From Hydrurus foetidus (taxonomy: Eukaryota): DNA of 54,280 nucleotides. Of this stretch, positions 13,881 through 24,828 are shown piece by piece. Location: assembly GCA_900617105.1 (NCBI GenBank), contig UYFQ01000740.1:62001-116280 (forward strand). The letters are read 5' to 3'. Each line of letters starts with the position of its first letter. Position 1 is the stretch's first letter. The notes under the pieces are model-generated. The model searched no databases. It saw nothing but the letters and a program-made list of their open reading frames with translations, and was not told the origin of the DNA. Both the position numbers and the translations under genes were made by a program.

Positions 13881-14620
13881 TTTTGCAGCAATCTTGACGA
13901 TGCAGTACACTGATGCAAAGATAAAGATTGGCAAATGGATTGTACACGATAGAATTATTGCTACGAAGTAGAAGTGGCTCATTCAGTATCCCCTCTCCCC
14001 TCTTCGATCTTCAATATATACAACAATAACTGCTGCTAGGATACTTCTTTGTTCTACCACATCTATACGGTTTTTTTGTAAGTTTGATGTACTGTAACGT
14101 ATTACGTATGACCAAGGTGACTTTTAAGAGGTAAAAGGAGACCTTGATTCTTTTTTTGGTTGAGATACAGCTGTAAAGAACAGGTATGTATCGTGGTTTC
14201 AATACATCGGATATGTAGAGAAAGGGGTTCCTCTCTGCGGAGAAAAAGTAATACCCACCGTGCTATTCTTCTCCAAAACGACAGCTTTCCAATCTCCAAA
14301 AGTTTTCTGATGAGATGAAAGTGAGAATCGCGCACAAAATTGATCCACATAATGAGCATGAATTCAAAGTTATCATCATAGATGAGAGTTATCTCAGCAG
14401 ATATTTCTTCTGAAGTAGACTTGATTAAGGAATAGGATTAAGGAATTGGCTACTGTGAGACAGATATCATCATAAGTATGTAGCGTGTCAAATCAAAGCC
14501 GACATTCATAACTCGCAGAATATGATTGCTCTCAAATGATTTGCTTTCGGGATGTGATTTGTGTTCTGCGATACGCACACTGTATACACTGTACCTACAT
14601 GTACAGGGATGGAAGCGAAG

Positions 14621-14792
14621 CAAGGTCCAAGGTCCAAGGTCCAAGGTCCAAGGTCCAAGGTCCAAGGTAAGGTAAGGTCCAAGGTCCAAGGTCCAAGGTC
14701 CAAGGTCCAAGGTCCAAGGTCCAAGGTCCAAGGTCCAAGGTCCAAGGTCCAAGGTCCAAGGTCCAAGGTCCAAGGTCCAAGGTCTAAGGTCC
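14621..14792. repeat. 7-bp tandem repeat (CAAGGTC)n, ~24 units
   Basis: Directly visible caaggtccaaggtcc... array with one interruption (aaggtaaggtaagg); it generates the spurious WTLDLGP/QGPRSKV ORFs. Confidence 0.97.
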
Positions 14793-14929
14793 GGATGACT
14801 GATCCAGATCTATGATCTATGTGAGGCAGCAACTCGATACACCATTAGCCTACGGTAAACTTCAAATTGCTCTGTCCTATATCGTACCTCTCAACAGCGT
14901 TCTATTCCAAAGAAAGCGAGAAGCCGGCC

Positions 14930-16792
14930 ATGTCGAGAATTATTTTCTCCGTACTATTCTCGCTGCAACTTGTGACTTTCACAGACGCGTTATCATTACA
15001 AACCAAATCAATCCAGCGGCAGCGGAATGTCGCGTTGCGATCTGTAGGGAGCGATCTTTTACAACGACCAGAGGATGAGGACTCTGCTGAATATAGAGAG
15101 TATTTGAAAAATTTGATGAAAATGCAGGCCAATAGGGCGAAAAGCGGTCATGCCGCACCTTCCTCCGGATCCTCGGATGCTTATTTTGCCAAGTTGTCCA
15201 GATTAAAAATGGAACGTCAAGCGCTGAGGAAAGCAGGTTTACCGGATGACATGCTGGACACTTCATACACACAAGACGACTTCGATTCGGCAATGTAAGC
15301 ACAGTCTATAAATTCCTCATTTTCACTCAATTTCAATTTCAATCTGTATTTCCGATGCAAACCTTACCGATTTCCAGCTACGAGGCCCAGGAGCCCCTCA
15401 TCAGTGCGACAATTTTGTCTGGTGATGCTGCCATTGCGACCAGGGAAAGAAAGAGCAACGCGAAATCGAGACCAAAGACTTTCGAGGAAATGAACATGGA
15501 AGAAGCTGCTGACCGCAAAGTTGCGGAAGCAAGGGCACTCCAGGAATTGCTACCTGAGTCGGAAAGAGCACAAATTGCTCCAAAACTGACGAAAGCTCCT
15601 GTCGTACTGTCAACTGAACAATCTCCAGATCAAGATTTGATTGATAACCTCCTCAGCAGAAGAGCTTTGATCCAAGCGAAACCTCAAGCGGAAGTACAAC
15701 AGCCACAACAGAAAGCTGTCCGTACCCCTGTTCCGACACCAGTCGTTAGTAAGCCAGCACCAGTGAAACAGCCCGCAGTCGTAGAGAAGGTTGTACAGAA
15801 GGCAGCATCTGTAGCATCGGCTGTCCCTCTTCGCCCCCTGCCCCCACGTCAAACTTCCCCTCCTCCCCCTCCTGTGAAGCAAGCTGTGAAGCCACCAGCA
15901 CCTGTGGCTGCAAAGGCCGTCCCCCCTCCTACTAAAACTGCCCCAGCACCTGCAGTTCCTGTCCGCGCAGTTGCCGCTCCTGCTCCAGTCGCTACACCAG
16001 TCGCTTCGGCAGGCAAAGAGCCAAGAGCAGATGAGATGGAACTCATGGCTCGGTCCCTTCAAATGCTTGTGAAGCACAGAGGCGGTGGACCATTCGGTCC
16101 TGGTCGTCTCCAGTCACAGAAAGATGTCGAGGACATGGAGAAGTCGCTCCTCAGCACCGTGGAGATGCTGAAAAGATTAGATGGCGTTGTCAGACCTGCT
16201 CAAGTCCCTGTAGCGGTAGCTGCTCCTGTGCCTGTGAGGGTGACACCTGCACCTGCACCTGTTCAGCAGAAAGTAGTTACACCTGCACCAGTCACAAGGG
16301 TCGCTCCTCCTCCACCAGCACCAGTAGCAGTTCCAGCAGCAGTTTCAGCACCAGTACGTATACCTCAGCAAGCAAGAGTTGTTCAGGAAGAAGAGGAAGA
16401 AGCACCAATGACCATTGCTCAAGGTCTCAACCAATTTCTGTCAGCGCCACAGCTGCGGTCCAGTGAGGTCAGCGCATTCTTCTATCTTGTTTTTCCCCTC
16501 TTGCAGACGCATCAATCGATGTTTATAGAAAAGAATGTCCACCATGTGCTCCTTTTTCTTACTCCTCAATTCTGAGCATCTAAAATCTCCGAATTGTATT
16601 GCAAACGTGTGCGCCATCACATTACATCCATTTGTGCCACTACGTCTCACTTCGATACATCTTCTTGATTTTGTGAAATGCGATCGTTTGGTGAAAAGCG
16701 ACACACTACTGAAATTGGTTGATCGTTGTACAGGATGCATCGACTTCACTTCTAAGCAACATCATCTGACACATCGTACACAACTGCACCCC

Positions 16793-16877
<85 letters not shown>

Positions 16878-17436
16878 GAATTGGAGGGTCTCAGGGATGG
16901 ACTGATACAATGCCTGTACATGGTGCAGACAGAGTTAACTAGCAGACCGCCAGCAGAGGCAGTCGCTGAGGTGCAAAACAGTAGTGTAAATGAGGCAGAA
17001 GCAGTGGACAGAATCATGCGCATCAACGCACCCGCTCTGGCCGCACCCGCCTCTCAGTCAGAGGATAGATCAGTGGAGACGAAGGAGCTCCCCTTAGAAC
17101 AGGAAATCAAATTAGCCCTTGGACTTCTTCTGAAGCACAGGGGAGGACCGGGATTCGGCCATGGCAGACTTGTTGGCAAGGAGTTAGACATGATGGCCGC
17201 TAAGCTGAGGTAAAACACTGACCTCCTTTGTGACCAGTGGCGAGTGATGCACGTGACGTCAGTTCTCCGTGTGCTCTAACTAGATCCATCAGCAACAACT
17301 CTGCCTTTCGCAAACAGTAGCGTGCGCCTCATCCCCCCCATCAACTAAAAGTAATCTAATCCGTTATCTCTTACTCTTTCACAACTCCAGATCGGTGTCC
17401 CAGCGACTGATCGCCGAGTCTGCAAACACCGTTTGA
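14930..17436 (+). CDS. Signal/transit-peptide-bearing Pro/Ala/Val-rich protein with two copies of a KHRGG-x-x-FG-x-GRL module; function unknown
   Basis: Exons ~14930-15294, 15378-16467, 16878-17209, 17391-17436 with GT-AG boundaries. Hydrophobic leader MSRIIFSVLFSLQLVTFTDA-LSLQ. Modules MLVKHRGGGPFGPGRL and LLLKHRGGPGFGHGRL. Confidence 0.8.
16794..16875. repeat. (CT)n microsatellite forming the polypyrimidine tract of an intron acceptor
   Basis: ~40 ct units ending in ctcag just before the exon at 16878. Confidence 0.95.
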
Positions 17437-18400
17437 GAGCATTACGAAACTTGAAATATCTTTCCTCCTCTCGCTCTTTGTACCGTATGACCCTTATACA
17501 TTGCGCCCATTTGTTTGACGGTTGTGATTTTTTCTGGGGGTAAGCTTGAGGCTCTTGAAACCGTGCGCATCAAATTTTCTGACCTCAGAACTACTGTAAA
17601 CAACACACTTGTAACTTATACCTTCATACCTAATATGACGAACCTAGAATATCGCGCGAGACCTTTTTGTTGTCTCGGCCGTCTTAACCATCTCTGCGGA
17701 CACTCAGAGTCTGCGGACCGAATGGTCATACTATAGCACTATTCTCGTTGCACCGCACCGTGCAAATTGCTTTCAACAATTTCGAAAGCGATGTGTCACC
17801 AGATTGCTCCTATTACAGGTGTCTGAAAATTGACAGATTAAAAATCGAACCAAAAAGAGTGGATATGAGGCAAAATTGGAGATGAAATTTATTGCATATC
17901 ATGACGTCTCCACAATCTGCTCATTTGATGGGACCGGAGAGCATCTCATTCGTTATCTATCTCGAACCCGAATCAAATCTCAGCATAAATTATTGATTCC
18001 AAACAAGATGTCTAGGAAACCGGTGGGTTCTTTCGTACATCTACGCTTACGTACACCTCACGCACGTACATTTTGAAAACAAAGTGATGACGCCTTGAAC
18101 TTCAAGGATTCGTATCATGTTCTACTCGAAAACTGAACCAAGCGTATAAATTCAAGCTGCAATTTTAAGTGTACCCCACTGCTGAGGTCGCGTTTGCTTC
18201 AATCGTTGCTCTGTAACTGTATGCGTCGAAATCTTTCGAGATGTTAACTACAATATATGTCCATGCGCTACTATTTCAGAGATCGCAACGATATCGAAAT
18301 TGCAGCCGAGAAGTAGATGATCTTGTGAAGGATTGGAACAGTCAAGTAGAAAACAATCACAGAATAGGAATCGCTTTCACGAGCATCATCTTCTCGAATC

Positions 18401-19953
18401 ATGATATCGAAGCTGATAGCATGTGCTATCGTATCATTTCTGGTGTCTCGGTCTTCCGCCTTAAGTTCTTTTACGGCACAGTCAGCGACATCCATCAAGA
18501 AAAATCAACAAATGAGTAGAATTCTCCTCGGCAAGAACAAGAGACCCATGAAAGGCAGCAGCGCAGATTTCAAGAGTCAACCAATGGAGTGGCGGCAAGC
18601 TGTACGATTTTTAGATGAAACACTGTCGACTGGATTTATCCCAGACGTTCAAACCTGGTAAGTTCGAGAGAATCCAGCAATCAACAACACCTCCAAATCT
18701 ACATTCATGACACTTGACAATACAACGTACTTAGGACAACAGTTCTCCGCATATGTCAGAAAAGTCGGGAGGCAATTGCTGCGCTGTCAGTGTTCAATCG
18801 AATGAAAGTAAGCGGTGTCGAACCAGACCGCTTCGCATATCAAGTGGCAATATCCAGCTGCCTGCATCTAGAATGTACAACAGACTCTTGGCAACGAGCA
18901 GTTGCTCTATTCAAGGAATGTGACAAAATATTACCTCTTACCGGATCTGGCGGTATAATGGACGGCAAGCTCGCCATGTCAATCTTCTCTGTGGTGATCA
19001 GTGCGTGCGAGAGAGCAGCGCAGGGGAGAGTTGCTATCGACCTCTACGATCTAATGTCTCAACGTGTCAACCTCCCCCGACCAGACCTTGTGACTGTTTC
19101 CTCAATAGTTGCTGCGTGCGAAGTTGAGAGCGACTGGACAAAACTAGAGACCGTTCTCACTAGCTCGAAAGTTGTCCCCGATCTCATACTCTACCACCAA
19201 TTAATACGCATAGCTGGTAAAAGAAATGACCCTAAAGAGGCATTCAACCATTTGAGAGCGGCTGTGAAGCAGGGGCTGCGTCCCACGAGGGGAACGTACA
19301 GAGAGCTTGTGGAGGCTTGTAAACACAGCGCTGACCGTGTGCCGAATGGCGCGTACCTTCTGGAGCAAGCAAAGCTGCTTCTCAATAAAGCTTTCTCAAG
19401 TTGCATTGCAACAGATGAGGGACCCGTTGCTGATTTTCAATTGAATGGTGAAATATTATCAGCGAGTAATGGCCCCGGTGGGCCGTACGAACAGGCAACT
19501 CGAAAAATGTTGAACGTACTCTCTGTCACTACGGACTTCAGGCTACACGACCATTCAGCTCTTCCGGAATCAGGGCGACGCGTTCCCATGCAAGCAGCAC
19601 AGGAAATATTAGCAATGCATTGTGAGAAGCAAGCATTGGCAGCGCTGTTGGAGGACCAAGGTGATCATGAGAAGCCTGGCGACACCATACGCATCGCTGT
19701 CAGTCTCTGCATGTGCTCAGACTGCCACATGGTATTCAAGTATGCAAGTCAGGCGTACAGCAGGCGCATTGAATGTCATGACCCGAGTCGGAAGCATTGT
19801 TTCGAAAATGGTTCATGTAGCTGCCTTGATAACTGGCCGGGAAAAAATAGGATTTCGAGTATGGGTACTCCCGTGAATATCTTGACGTTCGCTCCGGATG
19901 ATGCGAAGAAGTCAAGTGATCTGTCACTCACGTCATCTCTGATTCACGATTGA
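18401..19953 (+). CDS. Pentatricopeptide-repeat protein with C-terminal DYW-type cytidine deaminase domain and N-terminal targeting leader (~491 aa)
   Basis: Exons 18401-18657 and 18735-19953. PPR-like units (PDVQTWTTVLRIC...FNRMKVSGVEPDRFAYQVAISSC; PDLVTVSSIVAAC; PDLILYHQLI; PTRGTYRELVEAC). DYW signature HCEK...LCMCSDCH...IECHD..RKHCFENGSCSCLDNW. Confidence 0.85.
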
Positions 19954-20081
19954 TGACGTGTGTGTACTGGTTGGGCCATTGACCTTTCGTTGTGTGTGCT
20001 TTACATCGTGCTGCTCCTGCGGTGTATTTTGTATTCATGTACTGATCCCTTGATGTTTTATTTTCATTGTTCTACGGAGTA

Positions 20082-21022
20082 TAGAGTGGGGGACCCTTTA
20101 TTTCTTAAACTCCAATTAAGGACGCTTTTTTTTCCAAAATTTTACGGAAATGACTCTAAATCCGTGAAATAAAATATCGTTTAAAGGGTGATTATAGGAC
20201 CCCTGAGAAGTACGAAATCGATATCCGGAATGCGGAAAACGTCTCACACGGAATTTTTAAATACGGAAATGGCATAGTTGGGATCTGACATTTTTCAAAA
20301 CTTAAATGGAACATCACAATCGACACGTGGCATTCTCTGCAGATCACACCAGATGCAGCAGCTGACCAATAAATCCCGCTGCTGTGGCTTTTCTTTAACT
20401 CTGGTTTGCAGGGGGTATTTTGCCCCCCTCCATAGTCGCTTTCTCCTCGAAAAACTTTTGAACAACTTTCCGAACAACTTTTGGTGCAATCGGCACTGTT
20501 TTTTTCATAGCAGCATTCTCTTTCGCTGAGGCCATCATGATCAAAAAAGGATTCATATTCTTGGATACGGGGGAGGGCAATTTTGCAACGCAGATAGATA
20601 CTGATCTTTAAAACGTCAGAAAGTTGTCGGGACACGTTTGCAAATGTCGCAAAGTTGCAGCAGGCAACGTTTCCTTTCCATCCTACGGGGACCGATTGAA
20701 CTATCTTACAGTTAACCGGTTAGCTTTGCTTTAACGGTATCTTTTCAGCCGTCCACGACCAGATTCGGCTAGTTGCAGAATCCGTTTCACGAAAATTGGG
20801 CTAAAATCGTACATTGACTTCAATTAAGAAATGATTATTCTGACACATTTAGACCCCCCAAATATAACTCCTTTACAGTCATCCATATCAAAAATTAGAT
20901 AGCCTACAATTTTCTAGAGTATCAGTCGAGTACAGAAATGTACTCAGAAGTACGATCCGGTTGATAGTCCGTTTACTGGAATTAATCTTGGAGAGCAGTT
21001 CTTAATAAGGTCCCCCACTCTA
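20082..21022. mobile_element. Non-autonomous TIR DNA transposon (~940 bp) flanked by TA, Tc1/mariner-like
   Basis: Left end TA-GAGTGGGGGACC (20082-20095) and right end GGTCCCCCACTC-TA (21009-21022) are perfect inverted copies. The interior is AT-rich with no recognisable transposase. Confidence 0.7.
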
Positions 21023-21458
21023 CATGGTTAGATATAATACGATGCAATAGAAACTGTACTGCATTGACGGCCGCCGTACGTACATCTTCGTTTCGGTCTT
21101 TAAAATATAATTTCGCGTTGTAAAAAAGGAATGCTTCTTATAAAAAAAATTACAAAATTGTCCGACTGCTGCACCACAGTCCAGTTCTAGAAAGAAGTAA
21201 TGGATGTGATCATTGTGGGCCTCGGCAACATGTGGGTTTGGTTCGTCGGTTATATACAGTGCGGTGCAACTGAGACTTTCTTTCTGGACGTCAGATGGTG
21301 TGTTAGTGTGGTTTGTGTGAGGCATGCAAGTGCTCAGTTATAATGGCCTCAGATTCTAGTTACATAATTCTGCTGCGAGATCGAAGTTACATTGTGTTCT
21401 GTCTTTTTCTATGTTAGCCTCAGCGCTTAGAGCTCTGAGGTGTGACGGGCTGTAACGC

Positions 21459-24400
21459 TTAGACAGACACAGGGGCTTTCATGGTGCCTTGGAATTTGTC
21501 CACGAGGATCTTCGCAAGCACTGGCAAGAGATCATCATCACTCATGGGGATGCCCTTGAATGTGGGCTCCATCATCAGTGATGCCTGTTCGCCAACCTTG
21601 CCTCCGATGAAGATGTTCACGCCTGGGACAGCCTTCATTGTTCCTTCTTCATTAGCCTTTCTGGCTGGTGCGCCCATGAGACCGATGTCGGCCACTTGGA
21701 CTTGTCCGCAACTGTGAGTCAGATAATAAATTTTCTGATTGGCGAGAGTATCGTAGGGTCAAAGGGAAAACAAAAATGTTAGTGAATTCTAAGTGTACCT
21801 GTTTGGGCAGCCAGTCATGTGGATTCTGATCGGGTGAGGTACGTGAACCATGTCCTCTAGCTTGCGTGTGATGTGATCTATGGCTAGCTTGGTCTCAACC
21901 ATGGCGAGAGGGCAGAATTGGGATCCAGTGCAAGACACCACGTGTCCTACGATGTGGCCGGGGTTCACAGTGAGCCTGCTGCCTTCCTTTGTGAAGATTG
22001 GCTCCTTGAGGAATTCGGGGATTTTTTCGTTGGGGATGTTGGGGAAGAGAACGTTCTGCTCTACTGTCAGGCGGATCTCAGAACCGGAGTATTTCTCAGC
22101 GAGGTCAGCGATCTCCAGGCACTCATCAGCACTGAGACGGCCGACAGGCACGTGTACGCCCACGTATGAGAGTCCTTCCTGTTTCTGTGGGTGGACACCG
22201 TTAACGTCTCTGTGGCCGTGCTCCCACTCACCCTTGTGCTTCTGGGGTGCCTGGAAGACGTACTCAGGTACGCCTCTGATGGTCGCCATCTCTGTTGCCA
22301 CCATGGCGCTGAACACGTCTAGGCCCTTGGTCTCGATGAGCCACATGAGACGGGTCTTCTGTCTGTCTCCTCTGAAGCCTTCATCTCTGAATATGCGGAG
22401 GATGGATTTGCAGAGGTCGAATGCGTCACTGGCGGGGATCCATGCGTTCATTGGGATAGCCTCAGCCGCTCTCTTGATGGAGATGTAGCCGCCTAGCACT
22501 ACATTGAATCCCACTTCTCCAGTGGTCTCATGCGGGCATGCTTGAAGACCAATGTCGTTAATGTTGGTGTGTGAGAAGTCATCTCTTGTGCCTGAGATGG
22601 CGATGTTAAATTTGCGGGGCATGTTGGCGTACTCGGGGTTGCCCTGTCCGTTGTTAGAGTACCAGCTGTCGATTTGCTTAGCGAGAGCTCTCGTGTCGAA
22701 AATTTCGTGTTCATCAATACCTGGGGTTTGGATCGGATTGAGTTGAGTAAACAGCGGAGTCGCTATCATCTTATCGCAGATTAGGGAAATTCGTCAATGT
22801 TGAAATGCAGTACCTGCGATGGGAGAGCCGACCATGTTTCTAAGATTGTCCAGACCACTCATGATTGAGGTCATGCCTCGTGCCTGGAGTCCCTTGAGGA
22901 TATCAGCGGCATCCTCGAGAGGAGGAGAGCGAAGCTGAATGTTCATGCGGCAAGTGATGTCAACAACGCCGATCTCTGGACCGTAGGGGCGAACGCATTC
23001 GGAGAAATATCTGTTGACAGAACAAAAGTTGGAGACAAGATGACAGTGTCAAGCTTTATGTTGTGTAGGGGGGACCACATCATGTAATAGCGTTGAAAGA
23101 CTGCTTCACTTGTTAGGAGTAATGATAAGAAGCATGTGCAGTACCTCATGTCGGATGAGCGGATGATGCCATTTGGAAGGCGGAGGCGCATCATGAAGCG
23201 TCCTGGCGTTGCCTTCTTTCTGTGGAACATTCCTGCGTACTTCACGCGGATGTCCATGTCGTCGCTGCCGATTTCCTCCCTACAGTGGGTTGAGTAAAGC
23301 ACGTGAGGTGTCGGCAATGATTGCATACGACAGTGTTCTCCAAGACTACTTCGACGAAAGAGAGTTACGAAGTAAGGGGGAGCACACACCAGTTGGTTTT
23401 TCCTTCTCTGATGGCGGCAGCGAACTCGTGAACATCGGTCCACAGCTGTGTGGGGTCCTTCTTCTGCTTCATCTTCTCAATGTTGTTGCCGACCTTCGCT
23501 CTCTCGAGCGTCTCTGGACTCAGCCACTCGTTAGCGGTTTTCATGTTCATGGTAGTGCGGGTGACCTTCGTGGAGGAGGGGATGAAGCCACCTCTGATGT
23601 TCATCATCTTATTGGGAACGGCACCAGTCGCAGGAACTGGAGCAGCAGCAGGACTGCTGCCTAGAAGAGATCCATATGCCGCTGAGTATCCCATGGCCAC
23701 GCAACCGGCACCTCCCACAATGTTGCCGAGTGTGACTGGGAGAAGATTCTTCATAAGAAAGTCTGCAGCAGTGATAGGGGCCCCGCGCATGATGCCCAGT
23801 GGGATTAAAAACATATTGGCGATGGAGTGGTCTAGACCCAGGGCGATGAAGGCTGAAATGGGGAACCAGATTGCTACCATCTTGCTGATAAGTGACGTGC
23901 ATCCTGATGCCATGTAGACAGCCATGCACACCAACCAATTGCACAGCACGCCTCTAATGAAGAGTGTCTTGAAAGGGTAAGACACCTTCATGTTGGCAGT
24001 GAGCACCGCTGCAGGTCCATCACCAAGAGTTGCTCCGTTGAAAGCCAACCAAGCCATTAACAAAGATCCCACAAAGTTGCCTCCGTAAGAGAAAAACCAG
24101 TTCTTCAGAAGGTCTTTTATTTCAGCTTTCTTCTCGATGACAGCGGCAGTCACAAGCGCCGTGTTACCGGTGAATAATTCACCGCCACCGACGAGGGTCA
24201 TCATCAAACCTAGTGATCAATCGCAATTGCAGATCAGATGATGTTTCAGGTGAATCAACACGTAAGCTTGTAGGTATTTACCAAAAGGAAGGCCGAATGC
24301 TCCTGAGATAATCTTCTGTAGCCCAGGATTTGTCTGGGCGAGTCCTGGACAGGCACCACCGACAGTGAGAACGAGGAAAGCCCCTGAGTAAGACACAGAA

Positions 24401-24828
24401 GTTTCAAACGAAGTTATATCTCTGATCGATTACAGATGTTTCTCGTCAGTTTGCTGGATTTACCGAAGGCTATGTGACAGCCGCTCAGAATTCCGAGGAT
24501 GAATGTTTTCACAGGAGATAGTCCAGCTTTTAAGGCCCCGAGTTCAACGACATTTGCATACATTGATTTCGGCGCTCTTAGCTCAGGAATGTCGCTTGCT
24601 GCGGCAAGTTTGGTCTGGCCGCCTCTGACTTTTAAACCACGGTGATCTAGTCCTATCGACGATTTCGATGGCTGGACATAGCCACGACACGAAACGACTG
24701 CCAGAACGGCTAAGACCGTCACGGCATTGAAATTTCTCTGAGAATTGAATGGGGCAACGATCGCATTAGTTCGTGGGACCACTGGTAGTAGAAACAGAAG
24801 CACGCATCATTCGTGGGGAACTTACCAT
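21459..24828 (-). CDS. NAR1-NIR: Fusion gene: plastid-targeted formate/nitrite transporter (NAR1/FNT family) + ferredoxin-nitrite reductase, ~901 aa
   Basis: Exons 24828-24826 (ATG only), 24737-24464, 24383-24282, 24209-23390, 23279-23145, 23010-22814, 22720-21799, 21711-21459 sum to 2706 nt (902 codons). FNT motifs GLPFGL, GGELFTGN, YGGNFVG, GVLCNWLVC, LGLDHSIANMF, VTLGNIVGG. NiR motifs FMMRLRLPNG, DITCRMNIQLR, NMPRKFNIAI, NDIG, RQKTRLMWL, CTGSQFC and TGCPNSCGQ (siroheme/4Fe-4S Cys). The junction lies inside exon 4 with no stop. Confidence 0.92.

Noticed and set aside
14450..14832. ORFs with WTLDLGP / QGPRSKV repeats
   Set aside because: Translation of the 7-bp tandem repeat.
16063..17171. 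RGG in the KHRGG modules as further processing sites
   Set aside because: They are preceded by His rather than an aliphatic residue, are embedded in a conserved repeated module and are not followed by a transit-like peptide.
21880..22488. Long antisense ORFs over NiR, NR, XPD and PRP16
   Set aside because: Shadow ORFs produced by codon bias of the sense genes; no motifs of their own.
23365..24207. Alternative reading as two separate genes (FNT, then NiR starting at MMNIRGG or MNMK)
   Set aside because: There is no stop codon after the FNT domain and no space for a terminator or promoter. An internal start would lack the signal peptide needed for a four-membrane plastid. Not fully excluded without transcripts.
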